NCBI RefSeq assembly: GCF_009914755.1
Contig: NC_060939.1
Direction: 5' to 3' (one strand)
Length of the DNA stretch: 64,000 bases
Origin: the human T2T-CHM13v2.0 reference genome, Homo sapiens
Below the pieces are notes generated by a model. The model was not told the origin of the DNA, ran no database searches, and worked only from the letters and a program-made list of their open reading frames with translations. A program made the translations under genes and the position numbers. Positions 13,835 through 27,429 of the stretch are shown here, one piece after another (position 1 is the first letter of the stretch; the number at the start of each line of letters is the position of its first letter).

Positions 13835-14222
13835 ATGGACCAGTATACAGTTCCAAGGTCAGAGTCTGGAAGGCGTTTCACAGAACTAAAGACTTGAGCA
13901 CCAGCCATGCTGCTTCCTTCTAGAGTTATCTGGGAGAATCTATCTCTTGCCTTTGCCAGCTCCTAGGGGCGCCTGCGTTCCCCGGCTGGTGGCTGTGTGA
14001 CTGACCTCCGCTTCCATCCCACACCTCCCCAGTCTTGGACTCTGCTGCTCCTCTTTCTCCTCATCAGGACCCCAGGGCATATGGCATGCACAGGCCAGGG
14101 TGACTGTAACATCCAAGGGCCTCTATCACGTCAGCCCAGTCCCTTTGGCCCTGCAGGTGATGTCTTTGTAGAGCCCCAGGACTATGGCATGGGCATCTTT
14201 GGGGGGCATTCTTCTGCCTGCT
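13835..14222 (-). mobile_element. MaLR LTR (MLT1-like)
   Basis: MLT1-like motifs: gggagaatctatctcttgcctttgccagctcctaggggc and ggcatgggcatctttggggggcattcttctgcct. Confidence 0.65.
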
Positions 14223-14418
14223 GCAGGATCTAGATTCCCCTCTCTAGAACCTGTAGTGTAGAGGGGCACGAAGCCAACCAGCTTCATTTTCAATTTTTGT
14301 CTTAGAAGTTATTTCAGTACAGAATTTTGTATATAAACTTTGGATTTCTAATTGGTCAAATGATGGACATTTATTTAAATTTAGTTATATATATACATTA
14401 TATATACCAAAGTGATAT

Positions 14419-14515
14419 ATAATTATATAAATAATTATAATACTGTTATAATTATATAAATAATTATAATACTGTTATAATTATATAAATAATTATAATA
14501 CTGTCATAATTATAT
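14419..14515. repeat. AT-rich 29-bp tandem repeat (~3.3 copies)
   Basis: ataattatataaataattataatactgtt at 14419, 14448 and 14477. Confidence 0.9.
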
Positions 14516-14909
14516 TAGAAATATACTATTATAATTTTATAATAATTACATTTATATAAAATATCTATATGTAGTTTCATGATTATTTAGTTCCTTTTCA
14601 TTTTTGGAACCTATGCTAATATTTCCCCTCTATTGCTCCTCTTTCCCTAAGGTCTCGAGTTCCTCTGAGCCTGATGATGAGCCAGGACAGGAAGGGGCCT
14701 GGGCCTCCAGGCAGCAGCATCTCTCCAGGATGCCCCCAGCCACAGCATAAGGAATTCCTACACTTTTGTTATCTTAAACAAAACCTTCTAGAATTCCTTC
14801 TAACTCTAGGAGACTGAAATGTATTTTTCTTTCTTTCAACTGTCTCCTGTCTGTCCCTGACTCCCTCACTCCGTTTTTTAATGTTTGGCCATTTATCTCA
14901 TGAGCTTAC

Positions 14910-15975
<1,066 letters not shown>

Positions 15976-16919
15976 GCCCCCCAAAATCAAAACAAAACCA
16001 AAACAAAACAGCTGTAAGTTGCTAATTTGTGTGTATAAAATTGGTGTTCTGCAAGATGAATAAGTTCTGGAGACTGGATGCACAGAATCCTGAGTCTAGA
16101 TAACTTGACTGCACAGTACACTTAAAAATTTGCTGAGAGAGTGTATCTCATGGTAGGTATTCTTATCACAATACAAACTTTAAAAGTTGTATATGAGGAC
16201 ATTGGTACTGCTTTCATATTATTTATTATGAATGAATTTCCAAAAAAAGTGTTATCAGTAATGAGTTGAGGTAATGAGTAATTCATATACAGGAATAGCC
16301 TCAAGAGAACAAGAGGAAGAGATGCATTTAGAGTAGAAATCCTCACACTTTAGATGCATTTTAAATGTCTGGATAATGGAGTACTTAAAAAGGGATGTGT
16401 CTGTCTCTTCCCCCAACTATTGAGAATTAGTTCCTGAGTAAATCAAAGAACATTATTTTATCCAGCCCCGGTAGGTCCTGAGGTCCTTGTCTCTGGCATC
16501 ACAGAATGGGTTAGAGTGCAGGGCTGGCGTAGAGCTCCTGAGACAGTAATGTGATGTTGTCCAAAGCTCCATGGGTGAGGAGAGCCACACCACAGGTGGG
16601 ACCCAAGGAAAGAGCCCAGGAGCTGTGCTGGGCTCAGCACTGAGGAAGCAAGACCTGGGCCTGTGGATAGGGGGAGCTGCGCTAGAAACAAGGAAGGGCA
16701 GGAGGGAAGAGGGGTTGGAAGGAAAGTAGCCCTGGGATCAGAATGGCAGGGCTGTCCTTTGCCTATTCCCATTTGTCTCGCAGACCAAGTGTCCTCCAAC
16801 CACCAAATGTCAAGTGACATGCGTGCCACATGAGTTTAGGAGGAAAGGCACTCTACACAACGCTCAACTACCAGGAGGTAGGGGCCATATCTTAACTTTT
16901 CTACTTATAAAAAGAGTCA

Positions 16920-17345
<426 letters not shown>

Positions 17346-17355
17346 TCAGAAGAAG

Positions 17356-17788
17356 ATGAGATTGCTGGGCCTTCTCCTGTGCCTGCTGACACCTCCCGAA
17401 GGTGAGCATCTCAGAGGCCAGACACGGGCTGTGGCAATAACTGTGATGTCCCATGACTGACAGGGACTGACTGTTCTTGTTCCCAGCTGTCCTGTCCCAG
17501 GTGCAGCAGCAGGAGTGAGGCTCAAGACTGGAGAAGCCGTGGCTGCCCCCTTCCTCACCTGGCACGACTCCGGATTCTCCATCACAGCCAGTGGTTACTG
17601 CGGAGGCCGGGTCCACCGGCCCCTAGACAAGGGGTTGCACTGGCTGAGGAGCATCGATTATAAGAGAAACACGAACAACCGCCGCCTCTCAAGAGCCTCA
17701 TCTCCATCCAGAGACTCATCCAACAAGCAGCGCTCCCTGCGGCGGAGCTCCAGGAACCCACAGGACAGCCAGGTATTCCTGTGGGAGA
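17356..17788 (+). pseudogene. IGHV clan II (IGHV4-like) pseudogene, opposite in orientation to the other V segments
   Basis: 46-nt leader exon 17356-17401 (MRLLGLLLCLLTPPE) with GT donor. AG acceptor 17485-17486, L-part2 ctgtcctgtcc. V begins CAGGTGCAGCAGCAGGAG then TGA (17516-17518), with later frameshifts. FR2 (gacaaggggttgcactgg) and FR3 (tccagagactcatccaac) remnants; RSS follows. Confidence 0.88.
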
Positions 17789-17826
17789 CACAGTGAGGGG
17801 ATGCCGTGTGAACCCAGACAGGACCC
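17789..17826 (+). other. Defective V-RSS of the clan II pseudogene
   Basis: Heptamer CACAGTG 17789-17795, 22-nt spacer, degenerate nonamer ACAGGACCC 17818-17826. Confidence 0.8.
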
Positions 17827-18219
17827 TCCCTCCTGGGGGCCTGAGATGTGCAGGATGCACTCGACACTTGGGTCCACTGAAGAGCAGGCTCAGATGGGAA
17901 GTGGCGAGGACTTCTCCTTAGAATCTGAGGCTTTCTTTTCTCTAATTCTCAGATGTCCTCAGGGACATTTCATTCTCTTCTCTGTGGCTCTGATTTCCCC
18001 CTTTCTCACTGCAGGCAAAAAAGGATGAAATAACTTTCTCCACTGGCAGATAGGCTGTTTCAATTTCATAGAAACCTTCCCTTCATCCGGCTCCCACGTG
18101 GTCTGCTTTTTCCTTCATCTGCTTCCATGTGGTCTGCTTTCCTTCCTGAAAAACAGGTCATGTTCAGGATTCACACTTGCTCGAGAAATTCTTCCCTCAA
18201 ACTCCAGTTCAGACCAGGC

Positions 18220-19782
18220 ACACCCTCTCCCACATCTGTCCCCACGTGGACCCTTCCATGAGATGACCCCACCTGTCCCCAGGTGGACCCTTCCCTCAGA
18301 CGAGCACACCTGTCCCCAGGTGGACCCTTCCCTCAAACAAGCACACCTGTCCCCACGTGGACCCTTCTCTGAGAGGAGCACACCTGTCCCCACGTGGATC
18401 CTTCCTTCAGATGAGCACATCTGTCCCCACGTGCACCCTTCCCTGAGACAAGGACACCTGTCCCCACGTGGATCCTTCCTTCAGATGAGCCCCCCTGTCC
18501 CCACGTGGACCCTTCCCTCAAATGAATACACCTGTCCCCACGTAGACCCTTCTCTGAGAGAAGCACACATGTCCCCAAGTGGACCCTTCCCTGAGTCAAG
18601 CACACTTGTCCCCAGGTGGAACCTTCCTCCACATGAGCACACCTGTCCCCACGTGGACCCTTCCCTGAGACAAGCACACCTGTCCCCACGTGGACATTTC
18701 CCTCAGAGGGGCACACCTGTCCCCACGTGGACCCTTCCCTGAGACAAGAACACCTGTCCCCACATGGACCCTTCCCTTGGAGGAGCACACCTGTCCCCAC
18801 GTGGACCCTTCCTTCAGACAAGCACACCTGTCTCCATGTGGACTCTTTGCTCAGAGGAGCACAGGTGTACCCATGTGGACCCTTCCCTGAGACAAACACA
18901 CCTGTCCCCACGTGGCCCCTTCCCTGAGATGAGCTGATCTGTCCTCTTCCCCAAGGCGAGCACACCTGTCCCCACGTGGACCTTTCCCTGAGACAAGCAC
19001 ACCTGTCCCCACATGGACCCTTCCCTCAGAGGAGCATAACTGTCCCCATGTGGACCCTTCCTTCAGATAAACTCACCTGTCACCACGTGGACCCTTCCCT
19101 CAGAGGAGCACACCAGTCCCCATGTGGACCCATCCTTCAGACAAGCTCACCTGTCCCCATGAACCCTTCCCTGAGACAAGCACACCTGTCCCTACATGGA
19201 CCCTTCTCTCGGATGAGCACACCTGTCCCCATGTGGGCCCTTCCCTGAGACTACCACACCTGTCCCCACGTGGACCCTTCCTTGAGACAAGCACACCTGT
19301 CCCCACTTCGATGCTTCTCTCAGATAAGCACAACTCGCCCCACCTGGACCCTTCCCTGAGACGAACTCACCTGTCGCTACGTGGATTCTTGCCTTAGACA
19401 AGCACCTCTGTCCCCACGTGGACCCTTCCCTGAGGGAATCACACCTGTCCCCAGGTGGACCCTTACCTCAGACAAGCATGCCTGTCCCCAGGTCAATCCT
19501 TCCCTCAAAAGAGCACACCTGTCCACGTGAGGACCCTTCCTTGAGACAAGCACTCCTGTCCCCACATGGACCCTTCCCTCAGACGAGCTCACCTGTCCCC
19601 ATGTGGACCCTTCCCTGAGACAAGCACAGCTGTCTCCATGTGGAATCTTCCTTCAGACAAGCACACCTGTCCCCACATGGACCCTTCCCTCAGATGAGCT
19701 CACCTGTCCCCATGTGGACCCTTCCCTGAGACAAGCACGCCTGTCCCCATGTAGACCCTTCCTTCAGAGGAGCTCACCTGTG
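18220..19782. repeat. 37-bp minisatellite (~42 units)
   Basis: Consensus cacctgtccccacgtggacccttccctgagacaagca. ORF peptides recur every 37 aa (three units), as expected for a 37-nt period. Confidence 0.97.
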
Positions 19783-20020
19783 CTCAGACACCACCAGGGT
19801 CCTCAGACACTAATAGGGTGGCTCAGACACTAATAGGGTGGCTCAGACTCTAAGAGGGGGGCTCAGAAACCACCAGAAGGGCTCAGACACCACCAGAGGG
19901 CGCCCAGCAACCACGGAATGCTCAGAACCTACCGGGGGCGCTCAGGACCTACAGGGGTCGCTCAAGACCTGGCTCAGGAGCAGATGCAAAGTGAAGCTGA
20001 GGTTTCCGTTTTCTCTTTGG
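19783..20020 (+). repeat. Short IGHV 3'-flank repeat cluster (ctcagacaccaccaggg type) with a CTCF-like motif
   Basis: ~20-bp units such as ctcagacaccaccagagggcgccc and ctaccgggggcgctcag; same family as 44691-46092 but on the opposite strand. Confidence 0.75.
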
Positions 20021-20611
20021 GGATTCCTTGTCCTGCCCTGCAAAAGCCTTGCTCAGCAGCTATTATTGTTTCTTCCCTGGAATTCCCCAGTTCCTCTCAT
20101 CTGAAAAGGACTTAGAGCAGAAATCCCATTTAACTTTTCACACTTCATTTTCAGTCTCCTTCTAGCGATATTTCAGTAAAATATTAATAAGAAATAATGA
20201 AGCCACAGTCCAAATGTTAGCACCATGCAAAGATTCGTGTGTCTTCTCCACTCTGTCAGTTACGCCTTAGGAAACTCTTCTCTCAATCCACTGCTTAGTG
20301 TACACTATGGCATTGTGTTTTCTTCTTTGCTTTCATCTGCTTTGCAGGGAAATGAAGCACCATTTATTGGGACGTGTCCTCCATTTCTGATGGGCTCCCC
20401 GTGGTCTCCACCTCAGATGGTTTTGCCACCATCTTTAATCCGTTAATGCCTTCAATCGCCCTCACCATCCATGTAATGAAGCAATGAATGCCTTTACTTC
20501 ATCTACTTGTGTCTCCATCAGTCAGTTCACTTCTCTCCATTCTCACAAAGGACAGCCACCCACTACTTCAGAGCCTCCTGCAGCCTTGGGTGGTAAACCT
20601 ATTAAAAAGCC

Positions 20612-23310
20612 CCTGCTGTTTAGAAAGGGTGTGTATTGGAAACTTAATCCCAAATTCCATAGTGTCCAGAGGTGAGAATGTTAAGAAATGATTAGGCCGA
20701 GAGGGCTCTGCCCTCATGAAGCAATTAATGCCATTATCATCAGAGTAGGTTACTTATTGTGGTAGCAGATTAGTTACTACAGGCCTGGGTTCCTCATTAA
20801 AAAATGAGTTTAGCCCCCTTTCCATCCTTTGCACATGCTGTCCTGCCTTCCACATGGGCATCACAGCAAGAAGGCTCTTGCCAGATGCTAGCACCTTGAC
20901 ATTGACTTCCCAGCCTCTAGAGCTGGGAGAAAATAAATTTCTTTTCCTTACACATTAGCCAGTGTGTGGTATTCACTCATTGCACCACAAAGTGGACTAA
21001 GACAAAAAATCAGTATCAAGAGGTGGGGCTGTTGTGATAACAAATATCCCAAAATGTAGAAGTGGAAGTAGTAATGCACAGAGACTGGAATAATTTGGAG
21101 GATCAGGTTATAAAAAGTCTAGATTGCCATGACTAGAACACTAGGGGTATTCTTTTGAGGACTCAGAAGAAGACAGCTGTGAGGAAATTCTGAAACTTCT
21201 TAGAGATTATTTAGGTGATGATCATTAGAATGTTGGTAGAACCGTGGACAATAAAGGCCGTTCTGATGAGGTCTCAGGAGAAAAAGAAGAATAGCTCATC
21301 GGAAAATGGAGCAAAGGCCATCCTTCCCTTAAAGTGGCAAGGAATGTGGCTGAATTGTGCTCATCCCTAGGTCTTTCTGTAAAGTGGAAGTTCAGAGCCA
21401 TGAGTGAGGATATATGGTGGGAGAAATTTGAAGCAAATCTATGGCCTCACTTCTAGCAGGCACTTTAGGACTCTGTTCCCTGTGTCCAGGCACAGCACTC
21501 CTTGGCTGCCCATGATGTGGCTCAGGAGGACCTAGGTGTGGCTCAAGCCATCACTTTAATGGTACAAGTCATCAACTTCCATGGCATCCATGTATTGCTA
21601 ATTCTGCAGGTGTGCAGAATACCACGAGGGCATGGCTTTCTCCACCTAGATTTCAAAGAATGCTGTGGACAGCCTAAGGTCTCGGGCAGTGAGTTGTTGC
21701 AGAGACAGAGTCACCACACTGGACCCTTAGCACAATGCCAAGCAGAAATATGGGTTTGGAGGCACCACAAAGAGTTTCCAGTCAGCCTAGGAGAGCTAGA
21801 GGCCTGAGAGTCCCACCTGTAAGAGGGGCTGAGTGGACTGAACCCAGAAAATCCATAGAGGCAAGACTGCTGGAGGCCTTGGGGGCCCTTCCCCCTCCCC
21901 AGTGTGCACAAGATGCCATCAAAGAGGATGATTTTCCAGCTATAAGACTTTTTTTTATTATACTTTAAGTTTTAGGGTGCATGTGCACAATGTGCAGGTT
22001 AGTTACATATGTATACATGTGCCATGCTGGTGTGTGCACCCATTAACTCGTCATTTAGCATTAGGTATATCTCCTAAAGCTATCCCTCCCCCCTCACCCC
22101 ACCCCACAACAGTCCCCCGAGTGTGATGTTCCCTTTCCTGTGTCCATGTGTTCTCATTGTTCAGTTCCCACCTATGAGTGAGAATATGCGGTGTTTGGTT
22201 TTTTGTTCTTGCGATAGTTTACTGAGAATGATGATTTCCAATTTCATCCATGTCCCTACAAAGGACATGAACTCATCATTTTTTATGGCTGCATAGTATT
22301 CCATGGTGTATATGTGCCACATTTTCTTAATCCAGTCTATCGTTGTTGGACATTTGGATTGGTTCCAAGTCTTTGCTATTGTGAATAGTGCTGCGATAAA
22401 CATATGTGTGCATGTGTCTTTATAGCAGCATGATTTATAGTCCTTTGGGTATATACCCAGTAATGGGATGGCTGGGTCAAATGGTATTTCTAGTTCTAGA
22501 TCCCTGAGGAATCACCACAAGGACTTCTACAATGGTTGAACTAGTTCAAAACCCAACAAGGGAAAAAAACATTAAGTCTCAGCTATAAGACTTAATGTTT
22601 TTTTCCTCTGTTGGGTTTTGAACTAGGCACTGCTTTCTCCTTCCCTGTCTCTGAGCTTTGGAATGGGAATTTCTATCCCATACCTGCCCCATTGTTCACT
22701 GTATTTGAAAGTAGATAACTTGTTTTGACTTTATAGGCTCACAGATGGAAAAAATTTATATCAGGCTAAATTGTGCCTTGAGTCACACTCACATCTGATT
22801 TAGATGAGACTTTAGACTTCAGACTTTTGCACTGATGCTGGATAAGACTTTGGAGACAATTGGGATGGAATGAATGTAGTTTGCATTGTGATAAGGACAT
22901 AAATTTTGATATTAGGAATGGAATGCTATGACTTAAATGTGTCTCCCAAAGTTTAGGATTTGGAAAAAATCTTTAATGCAACAGTGTTGAGAGGTGGGAC
23001 CTTTATTATGTGATTAGGTCATGAAGGCTCTGTCCTCATGAATGGATTAATGTCACTGTCATTGGAGTGGGTTAGTTATTACAGGAGTGAATTTCTAATA
23101 AAAGATAGTCTCCTTTCTCTCGTGGACAAATGATCTCTTGCTCACCCACCTCTGCTGTGAGACGACACAGTGAGAAGGCCCTTGTGAGATGTCAGTGCCT
23201 TGATATTAGACTTCTCTGACTCAAGCACCATAAAGTATAAATTCCTTTTCTTTAGAAATTGCCCAGTCTCTGGTATTCGGTTATAGTAACACAAAGACAG
23301 ACTGAGACTA
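20612..23310 (+). mobile_element. MaLR (MST-like) provirus: LTR ~20612-21004, internal ~21005-22923, LTR ~22924-23310, interrupted by an L1
   Basis: Both LTRs share ggctctg(c/t)cctcatgaa and end ggactaagaca / gactgagacta. The internal part starts aaaaatcagtatcaagaggtgggg and contains gatgagactttagacttcagacttt. Confidence 0.85.
21951..22546 (-). mobile_element. Young 5'-truncated L1PA 3' end
   Basis: Near-consensus tttattatactttaagttttaggg tail. ORF 22161-22403 matches the L1 ORF2 C-terminus (MFIAALFTIAKTWNQ...IFSLIGGN). TSD cagctataagactt at 21937-21950 and 22580-22593. Confidence 0.95.
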
Positions 23311-23830
23311 AGCCATTGTAACATGTGTGAGGTGATATCTCATCGTGGTTTTAATTTGCATTTCCCTGATGATTAGTGATGTTGAGCATTTGACTCTTTA
23401 TGTTAAGTGAAATAAGCCAGGTATAAAAAATTACTCCATAATCTCACTTACACATGCAATCTAAAAATGTTGAACTCAGAGAAGTAGAGAGAAGAATGGT
23501 GCCAACCAGGGGCTGGTGTCAGGGGCATGTGAAAGCTGAGGCATTGGTGAAAGGGTACAGAGTTTTGGTTTGACAGAAGGAATTAGTTTGAAGATCTATT
23601 GCACAGCAGGGTGACTTCCATGGTACTAATGTACTATATACTTGAAAACTGATAATAGAGTAGATTTTACACGTTTACACCATAAAAAATAAGTATGTGA
23701 GGTGATGGGCATGTTTATTTACTTGATTTAATAATTTCACAATGCCTGCATATGTCAAAACATCACGTCATACCACCATAATATATGAAATAGAATATGT
23801 TTTTCTAGTAAGTGTGATGCCTCTGTTTCT

Positions 23831-24555
<725 letters not shown>

Positions 24556-27001
24556 TTAACAACAGTTTCTGGAGATTGTTTTTCCCTTGAACAATGTTTC
24601 CTCTCTGCTGTCTTTACACAGTTTTCCTTTCCCAAGGGTTGATTTAAGACAGTGACAATTTATCTATTCTGTATCTGGTAGTTTCATGGAGAAATTTAAT
24701 GAATAGCCACTTGAAACCATGTGGTGCTACTGAGACACCATCTGAAGGAGACAGATTTTCTGAGTGTAGGCCACAACCATATGTTAACACATTTTAAATT
24801 CAAAATCAGGGTTTAAATTTTGATATTTTACAATGGCTTCTTTGATTCCTTCCCAAGATCTAACCATTGAGCGTGTGAAAAGGGCTGGGACTCAGTTTAC
24901 TGCTGTGCTTGGCATGATGATGTCCTGCAGAAATTCCTTTGGCTTTCTACATGTAGCTCAGCCTCCATATCAGCCAGCTCGCTTGGAGGTCAGAGTACTT
25001 CTCAAAGATCCTCAGTGTGTTGTTTCATTTTGAGAGGTTTCCAGCCCTTGTGAGACACCCCTTGGTTTTACAATCATCGCAAAGTTGTTTACGATTCCAA
25101 AAACATACCTGCCATCTGTCCATATGTTTGTTCTGCAGCTTTTGATTTCCTAAAATGCTGTAGTAACTGCAATAAGTTCTACCATCTGGATTAATTTTCA
25201 CCTCAGATGGAAGAGTATATTTTAAGATAAAGATAAAGTAGTAACAGTATATTCTCCTCGGTAATATCCATTTCTATATTTTGAGCTATGGTCCATCAAT
25301 AAATAATGTTCTGTCAGGCTCCTCAATGGAGTGCCTGAATATCTAAGGAAGGTACAGAAGGTACAAAACAGAAGTTAAGGTACAAACCATGGTGAACACA
25401 AGCTTGCTATGCTCCCATGTCTCCTGTCTGTCTTACTGTGCACCTGACACTCATTTTAACCTCACCAGGAAGTCAGTTAACTCTCAATCAGTTTATTGTA
25501 ATGCCTCTAGGTAATTATATGTGGCAGTTTCAGCAGAAATGAAGAAACAACTTCACCAGAGAATCTAATACAGAAGAATGCAAGTGGCCCTGGGCTTGTT
25601 TTCATAAAAGCAGCATGCACCAGGCAGTTGATTCTCTTGGCTGTCGGCACTGAACACTCAGCATGCTGGCTTCGTCCCCTAAATAAGCTTCATCATGCAT
25701 GGATAGGCTGGCAGCAATCCCGAGGCCATATGCAGATACACAGCCAACTGGGAAATGGGACACAATTCTTCTCCACTCCTCCTCTGAAGAATGGTCTGAC
25801 AATGCCCTCTTCAGTTCCTTCCCTCTGCCATCCTGACCAGGACTATGCCATATGTGCACAGAGACACAAAATTCCTGATGGGAAGAATGAGGCTGGATCA
25901 ACCAGACTAGCGGTTTCTCACTGAGGTAATGTGAGGTCAACTTCTAGGGTGGACAATTCAGGAAATTATCCAGCAGTTTTGTAATTGATGGCTATGGGAA
26001 AATGAACCACTGAGATGAGTAATTACTTATATTCCATTATTCCATGTGAGAAACAGACATCACAGTTCACCATAACTAAATTTTCATAACCTAAATTGAT
26101 TACTTTAAATTTCTTCCTACATCTTCACTTAAGAATTTTTAACCATGAATGTGTCTTACCTATATTCCCAATATTTAAAATTGGGCTGTCAAGAGAGTCT
26201 AGAGAATTCGAGAACTAAGAACAGTGAAACTCCTGTATGTTCAGCAGCTCCCAAAGCACACAATATTCCCCAGGAACACTGTTCTGTGCTTCAGCACAAA
26301 TCATGCTTGTGTATTTCCTAATGGCTCCAATAGTGACCCTCCATTCCCATCAAACATTTGGCCTCCCCTTTCTCCACTCCCCTCCATTCATACATTATAC
26401 TCTCAGCTCTGTCTAGGGTATCATAAAAGCCAGCAGACGGACCCTCCTGATCTCCTGAACGTGAAACCTAACACTATCATGCGATCGGCTCCTCTTGGCA
26501 TAGTGACCTTCAAAGGCATCTCATTTGAATAATTACCTTTTTTTCCCTTCTGTAACAAAGTGTTTCTTTCCATTGTGCCTTCCCATAAGCATTTTAACAT
26601 AATTTACTGTCCGACTACAGTTATTAATACACACAAATGCCACAACCTCTTTCTAGCCCAGGAGACCTGATTAATTCTTCTCTGGGGATGAGCACACCCT
26701 AGAAACACATCCCATTCACATAAACACGGGCACAACGATGACATGTTCTTGAGTCTACACCATTCTCCGTCCAACTCCACGAGCCCCTGAAGACCAAGAC
26801 AGGCTCTTTCATGCCTGTGCAAGCTCTGGCCCAGGGACAGCCTGCTGAGGAATGGGCTCAGCTGGGTCTGGGTGCTGGGTTCATCTCTTCCCCTCTCCTG
26901 TCCCAAAGCAGGTCCATCACCCTGCTCAGGTCTGAACAGGAGTGTCCAGGTTTGTCTGGCCATCCGACTTTTTCAATGTATAGAAGCTCTCCTATTACCT
27001 A

Positions 27002-27382
27002 CTGTATTCATTTTATAGGGCTTTTATGACAAAATACCACAGATCGGATGGCTTACAATACAAAACCAATTTCCTCACACTTATGGAGGATGAAAGCCTA
27101 AGATCAAGCTGCCAGCTGGGTGGGTTTCCTCTGAGGTCTCGCTCCCTGGCGTGCAGATGGCGCCTTCTCGCTGTTCTGTGGTAACATGGCCGTCCCTCGG
27201 GGCGTGTGCACCCCCCCACCTGCTTCCCCTTCTTATAACAACAGTCAGATTGCATTAGGGCCCCACTCCAGGAATCTCACTTTAACTTATTTACCTCTTT
27301 AAAAGACACTAATCCAAGTATGATTTCATTCTGAAGGACCAAGGGTTGGGACTTCAGCACATGAATTTAGGAGGGACACAGT
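27002..27382 (-). mobile_element. MaLR LTR (MLT1-like)
   Basis: tgacaaaataccacagatcggatggcttaca...gggttgggacttcagcacatgaatttaggagggacaca, an antisense MLT1 pattern. Confidence 0.8.
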
Positions 27383-27429
27383 CTCCCCTAGCAGCCTCCT
27401 CCAGGGATGTCAAATAAAAGGAATAAAAG

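Noticed and set aside
18220-19782. CRISPR-like array (also considered for 44691-46092 and 63371-63702)
   Set aside because: Units are head-to-tail with no unique spacers, there are no cas genes, and the context is primate genomic DNA.
18098-19833. Long overlapping ORFs (up to 214 aa) with Cys/His-rich repeats
   Set aside because: They are translations of the stop-poor 37-bp minisatellite in all frames; no gene structure and no zinc-finger spacing.
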